Positions 1 to 12,232 of a stretch of 64,000 nucleotides of DNA are shown piece by piece. This DNA is from Mobula hypostoma (taxonomy: Eukaryota): assembly GCF_963921235.1 (NCBI RefSeq), contig NC_086118.1, forward strand, positions 16,308,001 to 16,372,000, in the 5' to 3' direction. A program made the translations under genes and the position numbers. Under the pieces are notes generated by a model. It made no database searches. It was not told the DNA's origin and saw only the letters and a program-made list of their open reading frames with translations. Position 1 is the stretch's first letter. Every line of letters starts with the position of its first letter.

Positions 1-1030
1 TAATCTGGTTGGCAATCAGTGGTGACTGGTGTGCTGCAGGGGTCAGTGCTGGTCTTGCAAATGTTCACGATATACATTAACGATCTGGAGGAGGGAACTG
101 AGTGTAGTGTATCTAAGGTTGCTGATGATACTAAATTGAGTGGAAAAGCAAATTGTGCAAAAGATATGGAGAGAGATATAGATAGGTTAAGTGAATGGGC
201 AAGGGTCCATCAGATGGAATACAATGCTGGTAAAGGCGAGGTCATCCGCTTTGGAAGGAAAAATGGAAGATCAGATTATTTAAGTGGTAAAAAATTGCAA
301 CATGTTGCTGTGCAGAGGGATTTGAGAGTGCTTGTGCATGAATCACATAAGGTTGTTTTGCAGGTGTAGCAGGCTATCAAGAAGGCAAATGGTATGTTGG
401 CCTTCATTGCTCGAGGGATTGAATTTAAGAGCAGGGAGGTTATGCTGCAACTGTACAGGGTACTGGTGAGGCCGCACCTGGAGTACTGTGTGCAGTTCTG
501 GTCTCCTTACCTGAGGAAGGATATGCTGGCTTTGGAGGCGGTGCAGAGGAGGTTCACCAGGTTGATTCCAGAGATGAGACTATGAAGAGAGATTGAGTCG
601 CCTGGGACTGTACTCACAGGAATTCAGAAGAATGAGAGGAGATCTTATAGAAATATATAAAATTATGAAATGGATAGATAAGGTAGAGGCAGGAAAGTGG
701 TTTCCACAGGTAGGTGAGACTAGAACTAGGGGACATTGTCTCAAGATTCGGGGGAGTAGATTTAGGACGGAGATACGGAAGAACTGCTTTTTCCAGAGAG
801 TGGTGAATCTGTGGAATTCTTTGCCCAATGAAACAGTGGAGGCTACCTCAGTAAATATACTTAAGACAAAGTTGAATAGATTTTTGCATAGTAGGGGAAT
901 TAAGGGTTATGGGGAAAAGGCAAGTAGATGGAGATGAGTCCATGGCCAGATCAGCCATGATCTTATTGAATGGCGGAGCAGGCTTGAAGGGCGAGATGGC
1001 TGACTCCTGCTCCTATTTCTTATGTTCCTA
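1..1030 (+). mobile_element. CR1-clade LINE, 3' fragment (RT C-terminus + 3' UTR), frameshifted
   Basis: ORF pieces FTIYINDL...VADDTKL, LYRVLVRPHLEYCVQFWSP, NLWNSLP; CR1-type tail ctcctatttcttatgttccta. Confidence 0.93.
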
Positions 1031-1072
1031 CATTCTCCCAAACTTAAAGTTCCAAGTAAATTTATTATCAAG

Positions 1073-1074
<2 letters not shown>

Positions 1075-1119
<45 letters not shown>

Positions 1120-1169
1120 CACGCACACACACACACGCACACACACGCACACACACACACACGCACACA
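1075..1169. repeat. (CA)n/(CACACG) microsatellite
   Basis: Direct reading; source of the poly-HT/CV pseudo-ORFs. Confidence 0.97.
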
Positions 1170-1514
1170 GTATGTATGTGATGTGTGATTAATTTGATTT
1201 ATTTATTGGCATACAGTACAGAGTTGGCCTTCCTTCCACCACCCAGCAAACCACCGGTTTAACCCCAGCCTAATCATGGGACAATGAACAATTAACCTAC
1301 CAACCGGCATATCTTTGGAATGTGGGAGGAAACCGGATCATCCATAGGAAATCCATGTGGTCACGGGCAGAACGTTCAAACCCCTTGTGGGCATTCACAG
1401 TAAATACAAAGAAACACAACAAAATAAATGAAAAATTACACACAACAAAGACAAATAAACAACCAATGTGCAAAAGATAACAAATCATGCAAGTATAAAA
1501 AAGAAAAAAAAATT

Positions 1515-3075
1515 CTTACCTAAAAGAAATCACATCAAACTATTGACCTATTATTTGAAAACATTATATCATCATACATCTCACAAATAGTCACCATTCA
1601 CTTAGATAACCACAATATATATACAGAAGAGCAGAAAGGATGCCGTAAGGGTATGAAAGGTTGTAAACAGCAAGTGATTCAGTAATTCTAAATCAAGCCC
1701 AGAGGAAAAGCAGAAATCTTTCATATTGTTATATTGACTTCCAAAAAGTATTTGATTCTGCCCCACACTCTTGGTTAATAGAAGTTCTTAATACCTATAA
1801 ACTACATCCGATACTTGTGAACTTTCTGCAATGTCTGATGAAACATTGGTGTACTATAATCACCCTACTATTAACAACCAAAATAGAACAAAATCTGGCA
1901 AACAGAGCTTAATAGTAAAAATAGAACAAAGGCAATAAATGCTTTTGCTGTAGTACCTATATTAACGTATTCTTTTGGCTTAATATCTTGGTCTAAAACC
2001 AATCTGGAAAATTTACAAAGGAAAACAAGAATTGAAATGGTACATTTTAGAAAACACTATGCACACTTAGATTAACACTACCTAGGACAGAAGGAGGAAG
2101 AGGAATACCAGACATAAAAAAAATTACACAACAGTCAGATAAAATTTCTAAGGATATATTTTCTTCAACAAAAACAGGATTCAGCACTCCATGCAAGCAT
2201 ATGCAGTTCTGAGAAGAAATACACACTACTGAACTTAAATGAAAGCACAACCCAGAAAAATAAAGTTTCACCATTGAAGAAAATGATTACCAATGAAAAT
2301 GCATGACTCTTCGTGGAAGATATCCCCACGATCTGAGCAGATTAGATGTTGACAAGGAAGCTTTGAATGCTTGGCTCAGAGTTGGAGACCTCTTTCCAGA
2401 AACAGAGGGGTTCCTTGTGGCAATACAGGACCAGGTGTTTAACACAAAATATATCAAAATGCATAACAAAAAACCCCAACAAATTCAAGATAATAAATGC
2501 AGAAAATGCCAAGAGAAACCAGGAAAAATCCAACCACATTACAGGATCCTACAGCAGTTTAACTCAATCTGATTACTTACACAAGCACAATCAAGTGCCA
2601 AACATCATTCACCAAAATCTTTAAGATACAAACTCATAAAAGACGCCATACCTTACTAGAAGTACAAGGTTGATCTAGTTTTAGAGTCAGCATCCTACAA
2701 ATTATATCACAACTGATTCGTTATTACAGATAGGACAATCCTTATAACCGCCTGGATATAATATTACAGGATAAACAAGCAAGAACAACTTATTTAATAG
2801 ATATAGGCATTCCATACACACACAACTTACGTAAATCAATGTGAAAAACATCAGAAATATGTTGAATTAAAAGAGAAAGTTGAAAGACTATGGAATAGTA
2901 AAATCTATAACTGGTATCATCCCAAAGTCACTACACAATATCATTAAACAATTAGGTCTACACAGCAATATTTATGTAAATCTAAACACCACTTGATTAG
3001 CATAAAAGTTCCTAGCAATTGAGAAATGGGTGTGCTTGTCTATGCCCACACCTCAGCCTGAGCTGAGAAAAAAAA
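1515..3075 (+). mobile_element. R4/Dong-clade non-LTR retrotransposon (RT + zinc knuckle + restriction-like endonuclease), internally deleted relic
   Basis: Translated pieces EEQKGCRKG, YIDFQKVFDSAPHSWLIEV, RLTLPRTEGGRG, ETEGFLVAIQDQVFNTK, CRKC...HITGS, HNQV, IITDRT..DIILQDKQARTTYLIDIGIP..KHQKYVEL; A/TAA-rich tail. Confidence 0.85.
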
Positions 3076-3720
3076 GAAATATAATAATAAATAAGTAATT
3101 AATATTGAGAACATGAGTTGTAGCATCTTTGAAAGTGAGGCCATAGGTTGAGGAAGTAGCTTGATGTTGAGATAAGTGAAGTTAACTACTCTGATTCAGG
3201 AGCCTGATGATTGAGGGGTAATTACTGTTCCTCAAACTAATGGTGTGGGACCTATGACCCTTATACCTTCTTCCTGATGGCAGCAGTGAGAAATGAGTAT
3301 GGCTTGGATCATGGGAGATGTTGCTTTCCTGCGGCAGTACTCCTTGAGAAGTTCTCTGTATGAGTACCAAAGTGGCTGCTGCTGTAAGAAAATGTTGAGG
3401 GAAGAAGCTCCAAAAAAGACTGAAACAAAGATTGCTAATTTAATTTCTACTTGTATGCAGTAACCCGGGGTTTACTTTTATAAATGAACTTGATATTGCC
3501 TCTTTGTAGGACAGAATGGTCCTCCCATTGGTTCCTTTAGGTAAAGTAAAATCTGAAATCGAGAATTTGTACTGATGAAGCCTGAAATCCCATTCCACTA
3601 GGTCAGGAACAGTTACTATCCTACAACCACCAGATTCTTCAACCAATTTGCTCAATCCTAACCCTACCTTAGCAAAGGAAAACTACAGACCGCCTTTTGG
3701 ACAACCATGGCCTTTCCTTT

Positions 3721-4045
3721 AATAATAATAATAATAATAATATCTTATTTAAAGAGCACTTTTCATACTAACGATACAGTTCAAAGTGTTTTGCAATGGG
3801 ATAAAGTGCAAAAATGAAAATAAAAGACAAAAAGATATTTGTTAAAAGCAAGATTAAATAAACAGGTTTTGCTCTGGTGTTTAAAAGTGCCAACTGAGTC
3901 TGCATCCCTTAGGTACTGAGTTCCACAGTTCAGGAGCATAGTTCAAAAAAGCCGATTTGCCACTTACCTTTTGAGGGAGGTTGTTTAAATGTAAGAGACT
4001 GGCAGAAGGGGACCTGAGAGCTCGAGCAAGATTATAAAATTTAGT
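3721..4045 (-). mobile_element. L2-clade LINE 3' end with (TTA)n tail
   Basis: Minus ORF RALRS...GKSAFLNYAPELWNSVP; (AAT)7 at 3721 on the + strand. Confidence 0.7.
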
Positions 4046-4739
4046 CATGTCTTTGTTTTCTTTTGCACTAAGGTTTTGTTTTTGCATGGTCTTTTTTTCA
4101 CTGCATGGTATAATTTTATGTATAACTTATATTCTATGTGATGCCTGTGATGCTGCTGCAAGCAAGATTGTCATTGTTCCATACCTCAGCACAAGGCAAT
4201 AAGCTCAACTCAAGCTTGACTTGACAATAATGTATATCGTTTCCATATTACAGTTATAACAATATAATCCTGAGAATGCTTATCACTTGTCGAAATTAAT
4301 GCAAGGCGGAATTTATTATCAGAGAGATAAAGCAAAACTGACAGCCCTTTAAAATCAGTAATGACCTTTAAATTGATTTCAATAATAATTTTTCAAGATT
4401 TGCATATTTCTTCATCAATTGTATTTCAAAGTAAATTATTATCTTTACAGATTTAATTTTTTGAGCAGCAGCTATCTATCAACTGAAATTTGGATTTCTT
4501 ATGGAGAATGTCAATGATACGATTTTACCTGTAATCTAGTTGCGTGGGAAAGTTGAGTGATTGGCATCAAGTTGAAATGAGGGTTATTTTAGTAAATAAA
4601 TAAGTTATATGTCTTACCAAAACTGGGTCATCCTCAATTATTTGTTTTTTTTTTCATAATCTTACAATTCTCAGGGTCTGGGTACATATTTTTCTTTCTA
4701 ACATTGCAATGGTGCATATTCCCCCAAGTATTATTTTCT

Positions 4740-4980
4740 CTCAGAAGCTAGCGTACCTATAGAATTCTCTACTCTGGAGGGTTGGGAAGCTAATTCACTG
4801 GAGGTTTTTATAAAGGGAGTAGATATCCTTTTGAAACATCAGAGAACTGAAGGTTATGGGGTGCTGGCACAGAAGACGTATCAAGTCCAAGGCAGATTAG
4901 TCATGATCATATTGAATGATTAAGCAGATTTGAAAGGGCCAGGTGCTCTGTTCCCCTCCTATTTACTTGTGCTTTTGTGT
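4740..4980 (+). mobile_element. Old CR1 3' end fragment
   Basis: Resembles the CR1 NLWNSL/IKGYG/UTR region at 800-1030. Confidence 0.6.
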
Positions 4981-5039
4981 ATTTGTCCTCATGCCCCTCC
5001 TGTTTCTCAACAATATGGTAGCCTTTGGCAATATCATCT

Positions 5040-5600
5040 GAACAGACACTACATTATTTGAATGATTGACCAATGAAAATAAATTTACTCCTATTAAATA
5101 CTGGGAAGACCAAAAGCATTGTCTTCAATTGCTCTGCAAACTATAATCCTCATCACCTATAGCATTCTCTCCCTTCTACTGGTTTACTATTGAACCAGAT
5201 TCTTTGCAGCTTTGCTATCCTATTTGAATACACAATGATCTACAGATCACATATGTGAAGCATAATTAATTACTATTTCTGTAATATTACCCACTGTCTG
5301 CTGTAAGGCACATTACCTGCTGCAGTACTGACCCATGCCATTTTTAATTGTACGTTTGACTATTCTGGCCACCCTGTGCCCTATTGATCATAAATTTGAA
5401 ATCATCTGAATTCCTGTTGGCCAGGTTCTAACCCATCAATTTTCACCGATCATTCCTGTGCGTGCTAATGTCACCTGCGTCTGGTTAATTAATGACGTAT
5501 CCCAAAAGTTTTTACCCTTTTATAAATTCCTCCAAAGACTTGCTCCTCATTGCCTCTGTAATCATTTTGAGCATTATCATCTGATCTGCTTTATGCTGTT
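5040..5600 (+). mobile_element. Highly decayed L2-like RT C-terminal fragment
   Basis: LLLNTGKTKSIVF motif and a downstream IIPV..L..L-like stretch; many stops. Confidence 0.4.
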
Positions 5601-6589
5601 CTTTACTGGCGGATCAGTGATGGTAGGATAGTAGTTATGGTACGGTTCTATCAATTGGGTAATTAGGAGTTGAACTCTTATCAGTCAAATTCTGATAATT
5701 TAATTTAACAAATCTGGTAATTGGCAGGCCATCTCCAGAAAATTAAAGCTATCTGGAGAATTACAAATGTACGCTAAAAGAGATCCTGGCACTATCACGT
5801 ATGATTCTAGATGTGTCTTACCCTATACATAGCAAGCTGTGGACAAAAATTGTCATATCTATCCATTCTGCTTACTTCAAAAAATATTTATTACCCATTG
5901 TTACCTGCATTTTCATCCCCTATTAGTTGTGAGGCAAATAACTGCTAAACAGTCTCATATACTGCCTCGCCTTGTATTTAAACACAGGTTTCCGTCCCTT
6001 TAATAGGCATTAACCAAAACCTGCATGGCAAAAAAATAGACCACATTTTTAATACAAATTTTGATTAATACTAATGTATGCACAGGACAAAAATATATAA
6101 AGAGATAAATTCTGGTTCTTTTCTGGACAATAAATTTCACTCTTCTCATATATACCTAGAACATTTATTTCCTTTTTTAAAAAATAATCATCTAGATTTT
6201 TTAAAATAAAAATGTGGAAGAGCTCTGTATATTTTCAAGTCAATACATAAATGAAGATACTGCCTACTGTTGTCCTAACTGATATGAGTTAGCAATGAAC
6301 TATCAGGCATTTTTGTTACTTTGTGTTTTTTCACAATTGTTACCTTTTCTCCTAATTTCTGTCAACTTATAAAAATTTTTAAAAAATATGTTGTTTATGC
6401 TGGCTTTGTTGAAAACCAGGAGGTATCTGACATTGGTATTATCATTTGGATAGCTTCAATGGTGTATGAGAAACACAGCTTTGTCTTAAAATGGAGGGAA
6501 AAGTATGAAGAAACTGTAGTCCAAATCCTTTCCAGCGCTGTCCTGGACCTACAAAGTTATTCCATCATTTTAAACTTAACAATAGCAAA

Positions 6590-6890
6590 AGGCACAAAAT
6601 GCTGGAAAACCTTAGCAGGTGAGGCAGCATCTATGAAAATGAATTAACAGGCAACTCTTCATCAGAACTGACAAGGAAGGGGGAAGATGCCAGTATAAAA
6701 AGGTGGGGGGAGGGGAAGGAGGACAATTTAGAAGGAGATGGGTGACCCCAGGTGGGTGGGAAAGGTAAAGGACTGGAGAAGAAGGAACGTGATAGAAGAG
6801 GAGGGTGGGCCATGGGAGAAAGGGAAGAAGGAGGGGCACCTCTGGCAGGTGGTAGGCAAGTGAAGAGAAGAGGTAAGACGCTAGAGTGTC
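6590..6890 (-). mobile_element. Penelope-like element terminal (pLTR/3' UTR) fragment
   Basis: cacaaaatgctgg...agcaggtgaggcagcatctatg plus purine-rich tract, homologous to the 57463-57920 end attached to a GIY-YIG ORF. Confidence 0.7.
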
Positions 6891-7614
6891 AACATAACAA
6901 TATAACTCAATTTAAAATATTTAAATAGTCTAACCCACTCTAACACTTTAAAGGCAGAAGTAGTGAGTAAATGTTCTGTTAGATGTTACTGCACAGAAAT
7001 GAAGCACTAAAACTCATGTTTATTCTTGGAGTATTTATATTTCCCCATTTCCCATTGCTTAGCTGTTTCCATTTTTTTAGTCTATTTTTGGTCAACGTGG
7101 TTTTCTAAGTAAAAACCAGGAAAAGCAATTCTCTGGTAACTCTCATTGAAAAATGCAAATAGGAGAATAATTTAGTGTGATTCATCCTCTTCTGACCCTG
7201 CTCAAGATAGGTGACTCATTCGCACTCAGCCTCTTCACTTCTGGTGAATTAGGATTTCTGGCTATGAGCATCTAAAGCCTACATCCTGCTACCAAATATG
7301 GACAAATTTTAACTGGACAGAAAGTGGTTCAAGAGGATGTTATCATTTTGTTGTCACTACTAGATATATTGGTTTCTTTTACTTCCTTTAAGTACAAAAT
7401 AAAACCTTAGGGAAACATTCATATTTAGATTCACTTACTTATCACAAGTACACTGAAACATACAGTGAAATGCGCCATTTGAGTTAGTAACAAACACAAC
7501 CTAAGGATGTGCTGTGGGCGGCCCACAAGGACACCACACATTTCAGCACCAACGAGGCGTGCCTACCACATTCAGCAGAACAATACAAGCAACAACGAAC
7601 AACAGAACTAAATG

Positions 7615-7682
7615 CGTGCGCGTGCACACGCACACACACACACACACACGCACACACACACACACACACACGCGCGTGCGCG
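7615..7682. repeat. (CA)n/(CG) microsatellite inside a LINE-tail-like repeat (~7425-8300)
   Basis: Direct reading. Confidence 0.9.
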
Positions 7683-8679
7683 CTTGCATGCCTCCAACTC
7701 CAGGACAAGCCACCTCTGGGCCTCCGATCACCAATCCTAGGCTTGGACAGTCAGACTTGCCGACAAATGACTCTCTAACCTGGCTTCAACCACCAGACTT
7801 TGCTGACTTCTCTGTAGGACTCGCCCATCACAGGACTTTGACCTCAGCTTCGGGGCTTGCATGGACCTCTACCCGAACATGGGGCTTACTGGCCCCTGTG
7901 CCTCCTGCCTGCACGGACCCCTGACCCCAGACATTACTGACATAGGGGTTTTGACAACCTTCATCCATGGGGCCTGTCGACCTTGATCATTGACCATGAG
8001 GATCCTGAGTCTTTGTTCTCAGCACCTGCTGACTTAACATCCATCTACATGGATCACTGGCCTTTGACCACGGAGCACTTGCTTGGACTCCAACCACCGG
8101 CTCCTGTCCCTGAATCATCATTTACTGTCTCTGACCTCTAAATCTTCCTCATCCTTGTCCCTAAACACTAACCCATCCTTTAACTCCCCATGCTGAACCC
8201 AAACCATCCCACGAACCTGAAAAACAACTAAGACCTCAACATCTAGACAATGCACACAGACAAAGATGAGTACATAGCCACTGTGTTTCTGCTAGAATGC
8301 TGCAATTAAATTGAGGGAAACTAGATTACTGATCTAGTAGTTTATTGAATTATTTAAAATTTCTGAGGTCTTTTTGTCTTTCATTCCATATTCCAGACTC
8401 ATAACCAGATTATGACTGATCATTTCCCGTTAGTCCTGGATTTCTTTTGTATGATGTTCTTGTACACATCTTTAAATAGAAATACAAAACTTGATACTTT
8501 ATTGAGTATTTTAAGATTTCAAAACGTTCTTCTTCAGGAAAATCTTGAGATTGTCCTTTCAGTGATATAAACTGATATCTGCAGAATAGATCCCAGGGTA
8601 AGGGGGAAATGCAAAATAGTAATTCTTTGAAAACTTGATAATTATGGAAAATAATTATACAGGAGGACATTCAACTGTA

Positions 8680-9085
8680 CCCCTGCTTCACCATTCCCCA
8701 TCCCTTTTCCCTCTCTCACCTTATCTCCTTACCTGCCCATCATCTCCCTCTGGTGCTCCTCCCACTTTTCTTTCTTCCATGCCCTTCTGTTCTCTCCTAT
8801 CAGATTGCCCCTTCTCCAACTCAGTATTTCTTTCTCCAGCCAACTTCCCAGCTCTTTATTTCAGCTCTCCCCTTCTCCCAGTTTCACCTATCACCTTGTT
8901 TTTCTTTCATACCTCCCCCCCACCTTCTAACTCTGACTCCTCATCTTTTTTTTCTCCAGTCCTGGTGAAGGGTCTTCGACTGAAACATCAACTCTTTTCC
9001 ATAGATGCTGCCTGGCCTGCTGAATTCCTCCTGCATTTTGTGTGTGTTGCTTGGATTTCCAACATCTGCAGATTTTCTCTTGTTT
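8680..9085 (+). mobile_element. Penelope-like terminal fragment with decayed hammerhead motif at 8958-8993
   Basis: Pyrimidine tract then agtcctggtgaagggtcttcgactgaaacatcaact...gatgctgcctggcctgctga; homologous to 44495-44905 and 57463-57920. Confidence 0.8.
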
Positions 9086-9489
9086 GATATTCAGCTCATC
9101 ATGGCCATGCTGGATGAAAGAACTTCTTGATCTCATCCCAGCTCAGTGCTTAGTCCTTGGTCCTGCACTTCAGTCATCCTGTCAGGTACTTCTTAGGTGT
9201 GGTCAGGGTTTCGAACACCAAGTTCTACATCACTAATACCTAGGGTAAAGTTTCTTTTCCACATCTCCCCTCTAATCCATCCACCAACAACATTAAATCA
9301 ATATCCATTAGTTTTTCACCCCTCTTTTACGGATTTTAGACCATAGAGTCATAGAATAATACTGCACAGAAACAAGCTTTTTGACGTAACTTGACAATAC
9401 CGAAAAAAATGTCCATCTTAGCTAGTCCCATTTGCTCACACCTGGCCCATATCCCTCTAAACCTTTCCTAATCCTGCACCTGTCAAAAT

Positions 9490-10860
9490 ATATTGTGTTT
9501 TGATGAATGTAGAGTGGTGGATGTGCTGTATGTGGATTTTATTAAGGTGCTTGACAAGGTTTCCCATGGAAGGCTCATCCAGAAAGTCACGAGGCATGGG
9601 ATCAATGTTCCCTCTAAGGTGTACATGTATGCGCATGCACAATCTTTTGCTACCAGTGCACAAAGGAATTTAAACTGCACACAAAAGGTTATCACCTTCT
9701 ACCTTGTTGGAATGTCAATTATATTTCGTAATCGTACACAATCACATTTCCTTTTCGGTTTCTGATGCAGACAGTTTTGACAACGTAGAGTTCGCAATGA
9801 TTAGTCTACAGATTTTAGAACTGACTTACTTATACCGTTCTTATCGGAGAAATTATTGATTCACTGTGTCAAATTCCAAAGAAGCAAAGGACATGAAGTG
9901 CAAAAGAACTGCAAGTTCATTTAAAGTGGAATGATTTAATGAAACAGTAGAAATTGCACAGCACAAGATTTTTGCACATACTGGTCATTACAAATTAGAG
10001 AGAACATTGTATGGGATCCATGGAAACTTGGTAGTGTGGATTTGGAATTGGCTAACCCACAGAAGGTAGAGGGAGATAGCAGACGAAGCATATTCTGCTT
10101 GGACATGTGTGGCCAGCAGTATGGTAGGGATTTGTTCTGGGAACCCTATTCTTGGTGATTTTTATAAATGACTTAGATGAGGAAGTGGAAGGGTGAACCT
10201 GTAAGATTACAGATGACACAAAGATTGGTGGTGTTGCGGATAGTGTAGAAGGTTGTCATAGGTTACAATGGGATAGAGACATGATGCAGAGTTGGTCTGA
10301 GAACAGGGAGATGGAGTTCAATCTGAAAATTGGGAAATGATACACTTTGGACAATTGAACTTGACTGCAGTGTACAAGATTAGTGGCAGGATTTTTTATA
10401 GTTTGGAGAAACTAGGAGATCTTGGAGCCCAATTTTATTGATCCACATAGCTTTTCTGCATGTTTATTGGGCTGTTAAGAAGGTGTACATTGTGTTGACC
10501 CTCATTAGTTGGGGGATCGAATTCAAGAGCCATGAGATAATGTTGCAGCTCCATAAAACTCTGGTTAGACCACATTTGGAGTATTGTGTTCAGTTCTGGT
10601 CAACTTATTATAGGAAGGATGTGGAAGCATTAGAGAGAATGCAGAGGAGAGTTACCAGCTTGCTGTTTGGATTAGAGAACACATCATAAAATGAAAAGCT
10701 GAGTGAGAGGATTTCTCACTTCAGAGCAAAGGAGGATAAGAGGCATCTGGATAGAGGTGTGTAAGATTATTAGAAGCAGAGATAGAGTGAACAGCCAGTG
10801 CTTTTTCCCCCATGGTAGTAATGGAAAATACAGATGGCATCCTTTTAAAATTATAGTAGT
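9490..10860 (+). mobile_element. Degraded CR1 RT region interrupted by a hAT MITE
   Basis: VDVLYVDFIKVLDKVSHGRLIQKV..HGI; LHKTLVRPHLEYCVQFWS; short minus-strand CR1 tails flank it at ~9340-9480 and ~10860-11040. Confidence 0.85.
9603..10009. mobile_element. Non-autonomous hAT-type DNA transposon (407 bp)
   Basis: TIRs CAATGTTCCCTCTAA / TTAGAGAGAACATTG; 8-bp TSD catgggat (9595-9602) / tatgggat (10010-10017). Confidence 0.9.
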
Positions 10861-11039
10861 GTACCATAAGACATGGAGCAAATTAGGCCATTCAGCCCAT
10901 TGAATTTACTCCACCATTCCATCGTGGCTGATTTATTTTCCTTCTCACCCCCATTCTCCTGCCTTCTCCCTGTAATCTTTGAAAGCCCTTAAGAAATCAA
11001 GAACATCAACCTCCACTTTCAATGTACCCAATGACTAAT

Positions 11040-12232
11040 CAGTAAGCTTCAGGTCCTTGGCCTCAATACCTCCTTGTGCAATTGGATCCTCGATTTCCTC
11101 ACTTTTAGACCATAGTCAGTTCAGATTGGTAACAACATCTCCCCTACAATCTCTATCAGCACAGGTGCACCACAAGGCCCCTACTTAGACCCCTGCTCTA
11201 TTCTACATATGACTGTGGTGCCGAAGCAAATCCCAATGTCACTGTCAAGTTTGCTGATGATATCATCATTGTAGGCCAGATCAAAGGTGGCAATGAATCA
11301 GAATATAGGAGGGAGAATGAAAATCTGGCTGAGTGGTGCCATAACAACAACCTCTTACTCAATGTCAGCAAGACCAAGTAGCTCATTATTGACTTCAGGA
11401 GGAGGAAACCAGAGGTCCATGAACCAGTCCTCATTGGAGGATCGAAGGTGGTTCAACAAGTTCAAATTCCTTGGTGTTATTATTTTAGAGGACTTGTCCT
11501 GGGACCAGTAAATAAGTGCACTTACAAATAAAGCACGGCAGCACCTCTACTCCCTTAGGACTTTCCGAAGATACAGCATGACATCTAAAAATTTGACCAA
11601 GTTCTATTTATGTGTAGTGGGGAGTATATTGACTGGCTGCATCACACCTGGTATGAAAACACCAACGCTGTTGAACAGAAAATCCTACAAGAAGTAGTGA
11701 GTACGGCCCAGTCTGTCACGGGTAAAGCTCTCCCCACAACTGAACACATCTACACACAGTGTTATCGCTGGGAAGCAGCGTCTATCATCACCACCCAAGT
11801 CATGCTCTCTTTTCACTGCTGCCATCAGGAAGAAGATACAGGAGCATTGGGACTCACCCCACCAGGTTCAGGAACAATTATTACCCCCGACCATCGGGTT
11901 ATTGAATCAAAGGGGATAACTGCACTCCACTTGCTCCATCATTGAACTGTTCCCACAACCTACGGACTCACTTTCAAGGACTATTCATCTCATGTTCTTG
12001 ATTTTTATTGTTTATTTATTTATTATTATTATTTACTTACTTTTGTATTTGCACAATTTGTTGCATTGTGTATACTGGTTGAACACTCAAGTTGGTGTGG
12101 TCTTTCATTGATTATATGATGGTCATTACTCTGTTATGGATTTATTGAGTTTCTTCACAATAAAATGAATCTCAGGGTTGCATTTGGTGACATGTATGTA
12201 CTTTGATAATAAATTTACTTTGAACTTTGAAC
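11040..12232 (+). mobile_element. Rex1/Babar LINE, 5'-truncated, degraded
   Basis: LCNWILDFL, STGAPQG, KFADD, LNVSKTK, FKFLGV; tail aataaatttac(tttgaac)n. Confidence 0.88.

Larger units (their letters stand above)
1045..3370 (-). mobile_element. Rex1/Babar LINE 3' end, split by a SINE-like piece (~1190-1385) and an R4/Dong element
   Basis: 3182-3370 minus ORF HDPSHTHFSLLPSGRRYK...SNYPSIIRLLN is a Rex1 C-terminus; UTR pieces 1390-1510 and 3075-3180 match the uninterrupted UTR copy at ~49375-49620. Confidence 0.65.

Noticed and set aside
907..1181. Poly-HT / poly-CV ORFs (also 7484-7924 and 37386-37601)
   Set aside because: Translations of (CA)n microsatellites
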